Shown piece by piece: positions 31,544 through 41,364 of a stretch of DNA of 64,000 nt (position 1 is the stretch's first letter; each line of letters opens with the position of its first letter). The position numbers were made by a program, and so were the translations under genes. The stretch is from a virus. Location: IMG/VR virus record IMGVR_UViG_3300049460_000123, positions 29,509-93,508 of that record. One strand, written 5' to 3'. The notes beneath the pieces were generated by a model. That model did not search any database. It saw only the letters and a list, made by a program, of their open reading frames with translations, and was not told where the DNA came from.

Positions 31544-32690
31544 TCGAATTTCCCAGTACGCTACGTAGGTAATCGCCGAACGCCTTGTCATCGCCCGGCT
31601 CGTCTTGAATGGTCGGAACCCATCGGCCCCGGCAATGCGGATGCTGCGCGCCGGCGGCAATCCAGTACATCTCCTCCGGCTCGCGATGCACGAGGATGGT
31701 CCCGACGCGCTTACGCGGCGCATTGGATCGCCCCATGTTCGTTTTGCCCGGCCAAATCTGCGTCATGCCGTCCTTGTCAGGCGCATCCGGCGAGACAACC
31801 TCGACGATCGTGCCATCGATCTTTCGGCACCACGAACACGCATTGCGGTATTGCTCGACGCGCCTCAGCTTGGATCCGACTGGCATGCTCGAGACATAGC
31901 CCTGATTCTGGTTCTCAGTCGTCTCCGTCTCAGCGATGCGCCGCCAGTCGCGATTGAGCGTCGCAAACTCGTCGTGCAACGTCGTTTGTAACGAGTGGCG
32001 CGGGCCGGGCGTGCCGAGGAACGTCTGTCCCGTGTGCTCGAGCACCACCTGGCGCATGCGATGCCGCGCGTTATCGGCGAGGCGCTGGACGTTCTCCACG
32101 CCGCGCACGCGTGCATAGTCGAGAATGATCGACTGCACCGGCGACATGGTGAACGCCGCGCGCGCCGCGCTCACGGTCGACGGCAGCGCCTCGAGCAGCG
32201 TATCAGCCTGCTTGGCCGTCAGGCTTTCCATGTTCGCCTGCACGCGCCCCATGAACGTCGAGCGCACGGCGAGCCATTCCGCTTCGGTGCGCATGTCACT
32301 GGCGGGCAAATAGCGTTGCGCCAGGTAGTCGACGACCATCATCCAGTCGTCGAGCGTGAATTCCGCCGGCGGAAGCGATTCGAGGTAGAGCTTGACGAGC
32401 GACAGCTCGGACGCCGACCAGCGCTGCATGTACCCATCCGGCCGCGCCACGCGCGAGCCTGCGTGATGCTTCTCGCCGGCGAGCCACTGCTCGAGCTCCT
32501 TGCGGAACCCGTCGAGGCGCATCAGTCCGCGACGCGTGAACAACTCCACTAGGCGGCGCACGAACGGATTTTCGTGCTCCGACCAGATCGAATCGTCATC
32601 GTCATGGCTGTGGATCGCCTTGTAGATGGTGTTTAGGGCGCGGTCTGACTGTTGCTCCGTCAATTCGCCGATATCGAGTAGTAGGGTCAT
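31530..32690 (-). CDS. MuF-like minor head protein
   Basis: RRIAETE, ACSWC and HPHCRGRW motifs; near the portal. Confidence 0.8.
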   Translation of the reverse strand: MTLLLDIGELTEQQSDRALNTIYKAIHSHDDDDSIWSEHENPFVRRLVELFTRRGLMRLDGFRKELEQWLAGEKHHAGSRVARPDGYMQRWSASELSLVKLYLESLPPAEFTLDDWMMVVDYLAQRYLPASDMRTEAEWLAVRSTFMGRVQANMESLTAKQADTLLEALPSTVSAARAAFTMSPVQSIILDYARVRGVENVQRLADNARHRMRQVVLEHTGQTFLGTPGPRHSLQTTLHDEFATLNRDWRRIAETETTENQNQGYVSSMPVGSKLRRVEQYRNACSWCRKIDGTIVEVVSPDAPDKDGMTQIWPGKTNMGRSNAPRKRVGTILVHREPEEMYWIAAGAQHPHCRGRWVPTIQDEPGDDKAFGDYLRSVLGNSNAAD

Positions 32691-32782
32691 TTCATCATCC
32701 TGCCGTCACGACAAAATCACGCACAGACTTACTCATTTTTGATACACTCCGCTTTCTCGAAATTTCTCAAATACCGACGGTC

Positions 32783-33238
32783 ATGCAGAAAACGCCAGTG
32801 CCCCGCGCGAAGAAAGTCACGAACGCCATGCAGCTAGCCGGAGCCCGTCCGGCATTGCGCGCGATCGAATCAATCATGGCGACATGGAATAGCCCGAGCG
32901 GCCCGGAGGCGGATCCGCAGGACATCGTCGGTCTGCAAGGGTTCTTTCTCGGATATGATCGAGTGTGCAAAAACTCCGGCGTGCCGTTTGACGCGTCGAT
33001 CGCCGACGAGATCCTCGATCGGATGCACCATGACAAGCCCGTATCGCGCGCCGACATTCACACGCTGCACGTCGAGGCGCACAAGCTACTGCGCGCCGCT
33101 CGATCGGTACGCAGCATCGACATCTGGCTTGAAAGCCTGCAGGACATGGAGATCTACTGTCACGTGCACGGCTGGCAATGGAAGGGAATCGGGAGAGCTC
33201 CGGCAGGTTTCTCCGCCGGAGTGCAGATCGCCGCGTAG
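32783..33238 (+). CDS. Hypothetical protein, inverted within the head cluster
   Basis: 151-aa ORF with operator and TACACT -10 at 32730-32748. Confidence 0.6.
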   Translation: MQKTPVPRAKKVTNAMQLAGARPALRAIESIMATWNSPSGPEADPQDIVGLQGFFLGYDRVCKNSGVPFDASIADEILDRMHHDKPVSRADIHTLHVEAHKLLRAARSVRSIDIWLESLQDMEIYCHVHGWQWKGIGRAPAGFSAGVQIAA

Positions 33239-33356
33239 CGTGCGGATACGGTCAGATCATCGCGGGAGATACGCTCACTCTGACTGCGGGTCGTTTTAGG
33301 CCGACGGTCCCGCGCACGGCGTCGCCCTCTCGCCAAGGAACACTTTCAGTATGCAA

Positions 33357-33938
33357 TCACGACTCGTCTTTATGGCCGCCCTTTTCGTGCTTCGTGATCT
33401 CCGCCCAGTGAATTTGATGCACCCGCCCGCATGAGTCTTTCACGTGCGCGCCGGTTTTCCCCGTCTCGCCGACCACCTCGCCGGATCCAGTAAAGTCGCC
33501 CGCCTCAAAGTGCAGGCGATCGCCGGCCGCGACGTTGTGCGATCCGAATTCGCCCTTGGGTTCCTCCGGCTCGTCGCCCTTGGCCGCTTTGGCAAATAGC
33601 ACGAGGCGATTGCCGCCGAACGCCTTTACGATCATCTTGTCCTCGCGCGCGTCCGGCGCCACAGTGATATAGCGCCGCATGCCGGCCGCGTCCTCGACGA
33701 TCATCCCGTCTTCGCCCTGGTCGATCACGTTGTAATGCTGCGTCGCGCGCTTCTTGGCGCCCAGCACGTGTTTCCAGCCGACCTTATGCCGCTCGCCGTC
33801 ACAATCCACCGTCGCACCGTGCTCGCCGTGCGCGACCACGCGGCCCGCGCGCGGCCCCTTCGCATGGTTGATGTAGACCTCGTCGCCAACGTCCACGCCC
33901 GGGTTCGTTACCGGCTTGTCCTTCTGCTTCGGTTCCAT
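33357..33938 (-). CDS. Hypothetical protein with SH3-like repeats
   Basis: Two VGD.V....G..G.VV..G..GA.V repeats; coupled to the portal stop. Confidence 0.7.
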   Translation of the reverse strand: MEPKQKDKPVTNPGVDVGDEVYINHAKGPRAGRVVAHGEHGATVDCDGERHKVGWKHVLGAKKRATQHYNVIDQGEDGMIVEDAAGMRRYITVAPDAREDKMIVKAFGGNRLVLFAKAAKGDEPEEPKGEFGSHNVAAGDRLHFEAGDFTGSGEVVGETGKTGAHVKDSCGRVHQIHWAEITKHEKGGHKDES

Positions 33939-35707
33939 CATGGCTCGATCGTGAAGATTGGAAGGCCGAACGACTTGGTGATCTGGTCCGCGTCGTCACC
34001 CTCAGCGCCGCCGCCGACCGCGTCCGGATCCGCCGCTGCATCGCCCGGCTTGCCGAAGTCGCCGCCCGCGTCGTTCTGTGCGTCCGGCTTGCCGAACGGC
34101 GCCGGCTTGCCGTCCTCGCCATCCTTCGGCGCCGCGCCCGGTTGCTCCTGGCCGGGTTGCCCGAAGTCCCCGTCAGGCTGTTGCTGCTGCTGGTTCTCCG
34201 CTTGCCACACCGGCAGGAGCGAAGGATTCAGCGGCGCCGCGCCGATGCCGCCCGGCACCTTCGGCAGATCGTCCTCCGCGCGCATCTCGTCCCACGTCAG
34301 GATCAGCTTTTTGCGCTCGAACGCAATCTGCGGATCCTCCTCGTCGAGCCCGGTCCAGCGGAAAACGTACTTGTCGCCGAACTCCTGCACGATAAAGTCC
34401 GTGAACAGGTTTTCGAAGTACGCCAGAAGCGGCCGCAGACCCTTGTCTTTCGAGTTGGCGAGCTTTTCCTCCGTGTCGTTGCCGGCGAGCGACGACGACG
34501 TGCCCGAGCTGAACGACTCGAAATTGATCTCGTCCGGCCCGATGCCGTAGATCGCGCAGATGATCGAGGTGAGGAACGACATCCACTTGGCGAACATCAT
34601 CTCGTTCACCTCGACGCCGAAGTTTTCGAACGCCGCGCGCGACTCCTGATCCTTGGACACCATGACCGGCAGCGACCACTGATTGTTCACTCCCTTGACC
34701 ATCGCATTCCACATGCGTTTGAACGCGGCGACGTCCGCCTCGTTGAAATTGCCGGTCAGGTGCAGCAAGCCTTTCGGGATCTGATTCGAGTCGAAATACT
34801 TGGTGTTGTAGGTGAACGCGTTCAGGAACCCGGTCACGACGCGCACGAGGAGCTCCGTCTCAGACAGGCCATAGCCGCCGATCATCACGTCCGTGCGCGG
34901 GTTGCGCGGCACGTAGATCAGATCGTCATAGGTGTAGAGCGATCGGATATTGCCCTGCACCACCTGCAGCGCAAAAATCTCGTCATCACCCTGATAGCCC
35001 TGCTCCGTGCACAGGCGCAGCGTCGCGCCATCGACCGCGTACAGACCGTCGAGGCCCAGCGACTTATCGCGCTTCCATTCCGTTTCGATGCCTGCGGAGT
35101 CGAGCGTCAGACTGTCGCGCACCAGTTTCGCCATGAACGACGACAGATCGTCACGCTTCAGGCGCAGGCGTGTGCGCGGACGCGACTCCCAACCGGAATT
35201 GAGGAAGAAGTTTTCGAGCAGCGCGATCGATTTTTTGTCGTCCGTGCCGATATGCCCATCGGTATCCTTCAGCGTGATCTTGAATCCCGGCCCCTTTCCG
35301 CCAGTCTGAACCCGGCAGAAGCGCTGCACCTGGCGGATCCGCGTCATGATCACCGCGTTGAGGATCGGCGTGTTGTCGACCATGCTGCGCATCGAGTCGA
35401 AACTGAACGTGCTCTGCTTCTCGTACCAGTCGCCCATCACGCTAACCTGCATGTCATCGAGGAACACCGACTGCATGCCTGGCTGCTTCTTTTGCGCCGC
35501 CAGCGAAGGGTATGGAATCCGACCGGACGCGCTAAGCGCCTTGTTCATCTCCGACGATTCGTATTGCTCCTGCACGAACTTAATCAGCGGGATCATCTGT
35601 TCCGGCGTGGCCGAGGCGAGCGAATTCTGCTGCAGCTCAGCCTGTGCGGCCGCGCGCTCATCCGCAGGAGCGGATCCGGAGAAAGCAATGTGGGCGAGAT
35701 TGTTCAT
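33938..35707 (-). CDS. Portal protein
   Basis: RDSLTLD, YAVDGATLR, GYGLSETE, FDSNQIPKGLL, SKDKGLRPLL. Confidence 0.92.
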   Translation of the reverse strand: MNNLAHIAFSGSAPADERAAAQAELQQNSLASATPEQMIPLIKFVQEQYESSEMNKALSASGRIPYPSLAAQKKQPGMQSVFLDDMQVSVMGDWYEKQSTFSFDSMRSMVDNTPILNAVIMTRIRQVQRFCRVQTGGKGPGFKITLKDTDGHIGTDDKKSIALLENFFLNSGWESRPRTRLRLKRDDLSSFMAKLVRDSLTLDSAGIETEWKRDKSLGLDGLYAVDGATLRLCTEQGYQGDDEIFALQVVQGNIRSLYTYDDLIYVPRNPRTDVMIGGYGLSETELLVRVVTGFLNAFTYNTKYFDSNQIPKGLLHLTGNFNEADVAAFKRMWNAMVKGVNNQWSLPVMVSKDQESRAAFENFGVEVNEMMFAKWMSFLTSIICAIYGIGPDEINFESFSSGTSSSLAGNDTEEKLANSKDKGLRPLLAYFENLFTDFIVQEFGDKYVFRWTGLDEEDPQIAFERKKLILTWDEMRAEDDLPKVPGGIGAAPLNPSLLPVWQAENQQQQQPDGDFGQPGQEQPGAAPKDGEDGKPAPFGKPDAQNDAGGDFGKPGDAAADPDAVGGGAEGDDADQITKSFGLPIFTIEP

Positions 35708-35765
35708 GAAGAAAGCGTAACGTCACGACTCCCGCACACTTGCTCAATTTCGATCATCGAGACTA

Positions 35766-35794
35766 TTGCTCTTTTTTGATTAAGTTGCTACAGT
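35766..35794 (+). promoter_or_regulatory. Early sigma70 promoter with two operators (35741, 35767)
   Basis: TTGCTC-17-TACAGT. Confidence 0.65.
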
Positions 35795-35942
35795 CTGTCC
35801 GTCCACAAAGACAACTGTTCAGCAGTGCATTGCGCAAAACACCCGCGCACGACTTGAGTGTCCGATAAATCTCACTGGTATCCCGCGCCAGCGTTTGAAG
35901 CGGGACGAATCGCATCAGTACTCCTAACACTTTGCGAGGACC

Positions 35943-36077
35943 ATGCCACTTATTTTGTATCTGTTATCGCTGATCTGGATCCCAGCGATGCAGCTTGAGA
36001 GGCCGAGACCCGTTGCGATGACGAAGCACGGCAGGCCATTAGATCGTAATCCGGCAATCCCTATGGAATATGGCTAG
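35943..36077 (+). CDS. 44-aa peptide with hydrophobic N-terminus
   Basis: GAGGA SD; MPLILYLLSLIWIPAMQLERPR...; below the ORF-track size cutoff. Confidence 0.4.
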   Translation: MPLILYLLSLIWIPAMQLERPRPVAMTKHGRPLDRNPAIPMEYG

Positions 36078-36160
36078 TGCAGCGGAGCTCAGTCGAAGGA
36101 TCCAGATATTCCGAAGCGCCCGCGCCCTAACCCGGCGCGGTTTTCCAACAGAAGGATTTG

Positions 36161-36352
36161 ATGTCCGAGCAGCTCCCGCACCGCCCGAGGATCGAGGTTG
36201 ATCTGGCCGAGTCGGTTATCAGAATTTTTGATCTGGCAGCCGCCAGGGGTTACGACGTCGTCGGCGCGATCGTCGAAAAACTTGCGTTCACGCCGAACCC
36301 ACAGATTGCAAACCTAGCCGCCAATTTGGCGCACCGGAGAAAACCATGCTGA
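36161..36352 (+). CDS. Hypothetical protein
   Basis: AAGGA SD; overlaps the next start. Confidence 0.5.
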   Translation: MSEQLPHRPRIEVDLAESVIRIFDLAAARGYDVVGAIVEKLAFTPNPQIANLAANLAHRRKPC

Positions 36353-36633
36353 ATAGCACCATCAAAGCACAGAATTCCACACTGAGCGAGCTCCCGCTGC
36401 CGGCGGCAGTTACGGATCTGTTCAGCGTCCTTGTCGAAATCGAATCGAATCAGACCGTGCTGGCCGGCCGTCTCTATCCGATCCTCGAGCCCGTCGAAGT
36501 TGACGCTACTGAAAAGGCAGATGGAGCCCGCGCTCCGGATTCGCGACTCGTCGACACACTGCGCACCATCGAGTACCGATTGCGTGCCGTTCGACGTCAC
36601 CAGGCCGATCTGATCGACCGACTCCACGTTTAA
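36346..36633 (+). CDS. Hypothetical protein
   Basis: GGAG SD, 95 aa. Confidence 0.6.
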   Translation: MLNSTIKAQNSTLSELPLPAAVTDLFSVLVEIESNQTVLAGRLYPILEPVEVDATEKADGARAPDSRLVDTLRTIEYRLRAVRRHQADLIDRLHV

Positions 36634-36675
36634 CCGCGCACCACGCAAAACCCCATTCCGCACGAGAGAAAGACC

Positions 36676-36942
36676 ATGAACGCCAAGAAAGCCAAAGCCC
36701 TCCGCAAAGCCGTCCGCGTCGCATTCGAGAAGGATCCGACTGAAGTCGAGACCGACAAGCGTTTTCATCGCCGCAACTTTGCGAAGTTCGGCCCGCTCAC
36801 GTTCGAGGAGCGTCACCTGCACAAGCACTGCGGCCGCGCGATCTACCAGCGCCTCAAAAAGGCGATCCGCACCGGCGTGCTCGTGCGTGATGAGCTCGCA
36901 TTCCCGCGCGCCGTGCGCAGCGCTGAATTAGCCGTAGCGTAA
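36676..36942 (+). CDS. Basic hypothetical protein
   Basis: MNAKKAKALRK...RAIYQRLKK; terminator hairpin follows at about 36968-36989. Confidence 0.65.
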   Translation: MNAKKAKALRKAVRVAFEKDPTEVETDKRFHRRNFAKFGPLTFEERHLHKHCGRAIYQRLKKAIRTGVLVRDELAFPRAVRSAELAVA

Positions 36943-37001
36943 GCAACACCGCCCCCGATCAGACACACCCGGCTCCGGCCGGGTTTTTTACGAGACCAAC
37001 A

Positions 37002-37610
37002 ATGTCAGCTCCCGAAAACACTCACCTTAGCCAGTCGGCGATCGTCGGCTCGCTGTCCAATCAGATCGTCGCGCTGCAGGACGAAAACAAACGCCTGCGC
37101 GCGGCACTCGCCGATTGCGGTACCGCCGTTGGTGGAATTGTCGCGCCGCAGTGCTCACTCGACTTCCTCGAGTGCGTCTCGCAGGAGGTGCGGCTCGTCA
37201 CCGAGCGCCTGCGCCGTGAGCGCGCCGATGCACTGCTTGCCACCGAACGTGCTCGCGAGGAACGCAACCGCGTTGGCCTCGACGTCCGCCGCGAGTGGGT
37301 TGGCAAGTGCATTGAAGCGATCAGGGAGCGCGACCACTGGAAATCGAACCACGACTCCCAGGTGTCGCGCGCCCGGCTCCTGATCGAGCGCGGCGACATC
37401 CCGATCGAGCGCGTGCGCGCATACGAGGAGATGGGGGCACTTCGCACGAATGCTCAGCGATTCGAATGGGCAAGCGCAAGTATAGAAAACGCCGATTCGT
37501 TTATGAACTTGATGATGCAACACGAACTGTGCAGCCGCGACGGCCTGCTGGCGGACATCGACGCCGCCCGCACGCCCAAAGAAAGCGACAATAACGCGTT
37601 GCGCGCTTAA
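37002..37610 (+). CDS. Hypothetical coiled-coil protein
   Basis: 202 aa; RDHWKSNHD..V..AR.L.ER.D.P.ER motif. Confidence 0.65.
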   Translation: MSAPENTHLSQSAIVGSLSNQIVALQDENKRLRAALADCGTAVGGIVAPQCSLDFLECVSQEVRLVTERLRRERADALLATERAREERNRVGLDVRREWVGKCIEAIRERDHWKSNHDSQVSRARLLIERGDIPIERVRAYEEMGALRTNAQRFEWASASIENADSFMNLMMQHELCSRDGLLADIDAARTPKESDNNALRA

Positions 37611-37680
37611 TCATTTTTGAGTAATATGCTCGAACAGGTTGGGCGCGCGGTGCGCCCGCTGCGACACGAGGGACCAGCAA

Positions 37681-37938
37681 GTGAGCATCAGCCAGGAATT
37701 TCAAACCGGCGACTTCGCATTGATCAAAAAGGATGGTGAGTCAGACCCATCGAAGTTGACCGAGTGCGTGATCATCAGCGGCCCGATCGGCCCGTCACGC
37801 TTCTACAAAGTCGGCATCGCCGGCGGCAAGACCGACCACTTCGCCGAGCGCGAGATCATTCACAAGCCGCAGCAGGCCGACCGCCTCACGCCGGTCAAGT
37901 GGAAGGATTGCGCATGGATCCCGGAGATCCTGCGGTGA
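37681..37938 (+). CDS. Hypothetical SH3-like protein
   Basis: GAGGG SD, GTG start; operator at 37608. Confidence 0.55.
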   Translation: MSISQEFQTGDFALIKKDGESDPSKLTECVIISGPIGPSRFYKVGIAGGKTDHFAEREIIHKPQQADRLTPVKWKDCAWIPEILR

Positions 37939-38297
37939 GCAACTCATTTACTCAATTGAGTGGCGCCGAGCTCGATGTCGCCGTTGCAATCGCGCTTGGC
38001 GCATCGAAGGACGAAACTGCGCACCGCAACATGATCACGTGCGGAATCCCCCTGCACTACCGCGCACCGATGTTCTGCACCGTCAATGCCGCCGGCATCG
38101 CGATCCGCTGGCGTCCGACGGTCGACTGGTCGCAGGGCGGCCAGATGCTCGCCAACCTGATTGAAAACGGGTTCATTTTGATGCAGCCGCCGGAAATGCC
38201 GGTTTCGATGATCAAAGGCGCGTGGCGCATCGAAGGCACAAACGTGCTTGAGGCAGTGTGCCGCGTCGTCGTCACGATGGCCGAGGTGAAGGCGTGA
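37935..38297 (+). CDS. NinX-like (DUF2591) protein
   Basis: LSGAELDVAVA...W.PT.DWSQGG motif. Confidence 0.65.
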   Translation: MSNSFTQLSGAELDVAVAIALGASKDETAHRNMITCGIPLHYRAPMFCTVNAAGIAIRWRPTVDWSQGGQMLANLIENGFILMQPPEMPVSMIKGAWRIEGTNVLEAVCRVVVTMAEVKA

Positions 38298-38593
38298 AGA
38301 TCCTCGCCAGCATCGAAGTCGAGCGTATCCAGCGCAGCGCGAGCACATATACGTTTCGCGCGGAGGTGATGGAGGTAGAAGTGATCCGAGTCATGCGTAG
38401 GCGCGCCGACAGCTATCGAAACCGCTACTACTATGAGGCCGACGTGAAGCGACCCGCGCGTATGCACCCCGATGCGCGCAGCTACGGCCGCGACGAAAGC
38501 GTCGTGCGCGTCAACATCGTGCGGAAGGCGAATCCGACATGGAAACCGCCAGTCTTCCCGGAAGGCCGCAACGTGCTTGAGGTGCCGGCGTAA
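38294..38593 (+). CDS. Hypothetical protein
   Basis: GTGA overlap, GAGG SD. Confidence 0.5.
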   Translation: MKILASIEVERIQRSASTYTFRAEVMEVEVIRVMRRRADSYRNRYYYEADVKRPARMHPDARSYGRDESVVRVNIVRKANPTWKPPVFPEGRNVLEVPA

Positions 38594-38814
38594 TGCAGAC
38601 CCGCACGCAATCCCTGCTCGAGACCGTGCTGAATACGGCAATCGGCTATCTGATCAGCCTGGCCACGCAGCTCGCCATATTCCCGCTGTTTGGGATTCAC
38701 GTCCCGTTCCATAGCAACCTGGCGATCGGCGCCGCGTTCACGGTCGTTTCGATCGTGCGCGGCTTCTACGTTCGCCGCTTCTTCAACTGGTTTCACACAG
38801 GTAGAACCCTATGA
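38593..38814 (+). CDS. Small conserved phage membrane protein
   Basis: MQTRTQSLLE..LNTAIGY...FT.VS.VRG..VRR.FN; two TM segments. Confidence 0.75.
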   Translation: MQTRTQSLLETVLNTAIGYLISLATQLAIFPLFGIHVPFHSNLAIGAAFTVVSIVRGFYVRRFFNWFHTGRTL

Positions 38815-39224
38815 CGACTATGACCGCCGAGCAGAAGCTCAAATGGATGATCTTGGTGCTGCACACCAAGTGGAACAAAACGACTCTGCCCGAAGTGACG
38901 GCCGACAACATAGACGATCTGTACGACGCGACCGACGGAGACGGCTATGAACTGCAGGACGCACGCAACGAAGTGCGATGCAGCGGCGCCGAAACCGGCC
39001 TACGCTCTCCCATCTCACGCAACTATGAGTCCGACGCAGTCGCCGCACAGGCGCCGGATGGTACGTGGGTAGGCTGGACCTACTGGTACGGCGGAGGCAA
39101 GCACAGCGAGCCGGAGGCGATCGACTGGATTGATGAAGCGTACGACGTGACGGTCACCGAGGAGCCGAAGACGATCATTCACCGCACGTTCACGAAGGTA
39201 GAGGTGACGAATGAAGCCGTTTAA
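38811..39224 (+). CDS. Conserved phage hypothetical protein
   Basis: SRNYESDAVA...DGTWVGWTYWYGGGKHSEPEAIDW. Confidence 0.75.
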   Translation: MTTMTAEQKLKWMILVLHTKWNKTTLPEVTADNIDDLYDATDGDGYELQDARNEVRCSGAETGLRSPISRNYESDAVAAQAPDGTWVGWTYWYGGGKHSEPEAIDWIDEAYDVTVTEEPKTIIHRTFTKVEVTNEAV

Positions 39225-39579
39225 CCTCGAGGCAGCAAAGCGCGGCGAACCGATCATCACACGTAACGGCGGCATGGTCACAGAGTTTCACCACTTCAAG
39301 ACTGAAGGGTCGAAAAAGCCGTGCATCGCGATCATCGACGGAATGCCGCACTGGTTCGGAAAGGACGGCGTATGGATCGATGATGAGGATTCCGCAGAAG
39401 ATCTTTTCATGGCGCCCAAGAAGCGCACCGTCCATGTGCAGGTGTACGGTAAGGAAGGCGACTCGGACTTTCCAGGCCTGAAGGCGTACGCGTTCGAAAA
39501 CGCAGAGGACGCAAAGGAAAACATCAGGATGACAGGCTGGCCGGTGCTGGGTACGTTCGCCATCGAGATCGCCGAATAA
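39211..39579 (+). CDS. Conserved phage hypothetical protein
   Basis: MKPFNLEAAKRGEPIITRNG...DLFMAP; its stop overlaps element copy 1. Confidence 0.75.
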   Translation: MKPFNLEAAKRGEPIITRNGGMVTEFHHFKTEGSKKPCIAIIDGMPHWFGKDGVWIDDEDSAEDLFMAPKKRTVHVQVYGKEGDSDFPGLKAYAFENAEDAKENIRMTGWPVLGTFAIEIAE

Positions 39580-39672
39580 CAGACTAACAATGTTTTGAGA
39601 ACACCGCCGCCCGGCCCGCCCGGCGCGGCATCTGAAACGGTCCTGCCACGCGCGGGCGCACATAGGGCGCAA
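39578..39672 (+). repeat. Bipartite module-boundary element, copy 1
   Basis: AACAGAC-taaca-ATGTTTT; GGGCGC-acata-GGGCGCAA at offset 76. Confidence 0.8.
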
Positions 39673-39679
39673 TAGAGAC

Positions 39680-40105
39680 ATGCTGTTCGAGATCATCAAC
39701 CCAAGCGACAAATACACCATCGAGGCACCTGACCTCGAGATAGCCGCCCTCGCCGTTTGCGTACTGGGCGAAGGCAAGTATGCCCTGCAGGGAATCGACA
39801 ACACAAACGAGGTGCCTATTTTCCTGTTCGGCGGCCATGATGATTGGTTCAAGAAGAAATTTGGCCGATCGTTCGGCTACTCGCTCGAGCTCAGCGACAA
39901 GGCAAAGCTCGCGGACTGCCTGGATTCGACGCTGATCGGCGACGCCAATGACCGCAAGCAGTTCAACGCCGCGCGCACGGCCGTCTCGCCGGAAGTATTC
40001 GAGGGATGGCGCGCCGGATGGACTGGCGCACGCTGTAGCTCGCTTAACAACATCGGTCGCCGCGCCTACGCCTACGCCGAGGCACTTCGGGATCAACTCG
40101 CATGA
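39680..40105 (+). CDS. Hypothetical protein
   Basis: MLFEIINPSD.YT...SSLNNIG motif. Confidence 0.7.
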   Translation: MLFEIINPSDKYTIEAPDLEIAALAVCVLGEGKYALQGIDNTNEVPIFLFGGHDDWFKKKFGRSFGYSLELSDKAKLADCLDSTLIGDANDRKQFNAARTAVSPEVFEGWRAGWTGARCSSLNNIGRRAYAYAEALRDQLA

Positions 40106-40458
40106 GCAGATCCCTTTCCACCCAGGCACAACGCCAGCTTGGCAACTGGTTTCTGAACGGCGACACCGGCGTCTCGTCGGAGACGATGGCCGCGCTCGCA
40201 CTTGGCGCAACGAAGCGCGGCAACGGCCGCATGGATGCGCCGCACGATCCCGCCGACTTCGGCCGCTGCTACCGCCTGGTGAAAGCCGTTCCGGAGATCC
40301 GCGCACACTTCCCGCGCATCGGCCGCAAGTGCAAGACGTTCACCGGAATCCTGCACCACTGGGATGCGCTGGTGAAGATCTACGAGCGGGACAAGCCGAC
40401 AGGCGAGAGCCACGAGCTCTATCACCGCATCAAGGAACTGCGAGGCGATAAGGCATGA
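40102..40458 (+). CDS. Hypothetical protein
   Basis: W..NGDTGVSS...PHDPADFGRC motif. Confidence 0.7.
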   Translation: MSRSLSTQAQRQLGNWFLNGDTGVSSETMAALALGATKRGNGRMDAPHDPADFGRCYRLVKAVPEIRAHFPRIGRKCKTFTGILHHWDALVKIYERDKPTGESHELYHRIKELRGDKA

Positions 40459-40838
40459 AGACAGCAGAACTCGACGGCGTCCTGCTCGACTACTGGACGG
40501 CGCGCGCCGACGGTCGCACGGCCAAGATCGTACGGCCCGGCGAAAAGATCAATCGCATGATGGTCGACTGCGATACGTGCATCGCCCTCACACCGGGTTA
40601 TGCCAAATGGTGGCAACCGTTTCACGTGTACTGGGGCAGCGCCGGCCCGATCATCGAGCGCGAGAAAATCAGCATCGAGCGCATTGGCGACGACGCGACC
40701 GGCGATCGGACTGCATACGCATATACCATTGATGCGCCGCTTGACGGCCAACATGCAGACACTGCGCTGATCGCCGCGATGCGCGCATTCGTCAGCTCGA
40801 AATTCGGCGACGAAGTACCCGACGAGGTGCAATCGTGA
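40455..40838 (+). CDS. NinX-like (DUF2591) protein
   Basis: ELDG..LDYW.A.A...W..AGPIIERE.I...LIAAMRAFV.SK.GDEV. Confidence 0.75.
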   Translation: MKTAELDGVLLDYWTARADGRTAKIVRPGEKINRMMVDCDTCIALTPGYAKWWQPFHVYWGSAGPIIEREKISIERIGDDATGDRTAYAYTIDAPLDGQHADTALIAAMRAFVSSKFGDEVPDEVQS

Positions 40839-41017
40839 GCACGACCGTTTCAAAAATCGAATGGACAGACGTCGCGCTCGACGACGTCCTGCACCACTTC
40901 GCGAAAGACTTCACGTTCAAGGACGGCGCTAAACTCGTCCGCCATGAGGCATTCGTCGACACCGTCAAAGGACGTGTCGTGTTCAAACTGACGTCGCAGC
41001 CGCCGGAGGGAACGTAA
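40835..41017 (+). CDS. Hypothetical protein
   Basis: 60 aa, coupled overlaps on both sides. Confidence 0.55.
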   Translation: MSTTVSKIEWTDVALDDVLHHFAKDFTFKDGAKLVRHEAFVDTVKGRVVFKLTSQPPEGT

Positions 41018-41364
41018 TGCTGATGCCACCGGGCTTTGAACGCCTTCTGACCATCGATCCACATCCGGACTATGCCGCGCGCCGCGCCGAAGTAGGCACG
41101 CGCAATCTGTTCGCCGAGTTAGAGACCGTCCTTAACGCACGGTGCGTCGGGCACCCCATGACGCCGGAGATGATCGCCGACATGCAGGCGATCGTCGATC
41201 GAGCGCTCCTCGATGTGCGCAGTCTCGGCGAGACGCTCGTCAACGAAGACGGACGCGAGATCGTTGGCGTTCGGTTCTTCAAAGAGCCGGGATTCGGTCG
41301 TGTCGTCCTGGTGCCGCTGATTGGCGAGAGAGTCGGATTCTGGACTCCGCCAACACATACATAA
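41017..41364 (+). CDS. Hypothetical protein
   Basis: GGAGG SD; ends inside element copy 2. Confidence 0.55.
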   Translation: MLMPPGFERLLTIDPHPDYAARRAEVGTRNLFAELETVLNARCVGHPMTPEMIADMQAIVDRALLDVRSLGETLVNEDGREIVGVRFFKEPGFGRVVLVPLIGERVGFWTPPTHT

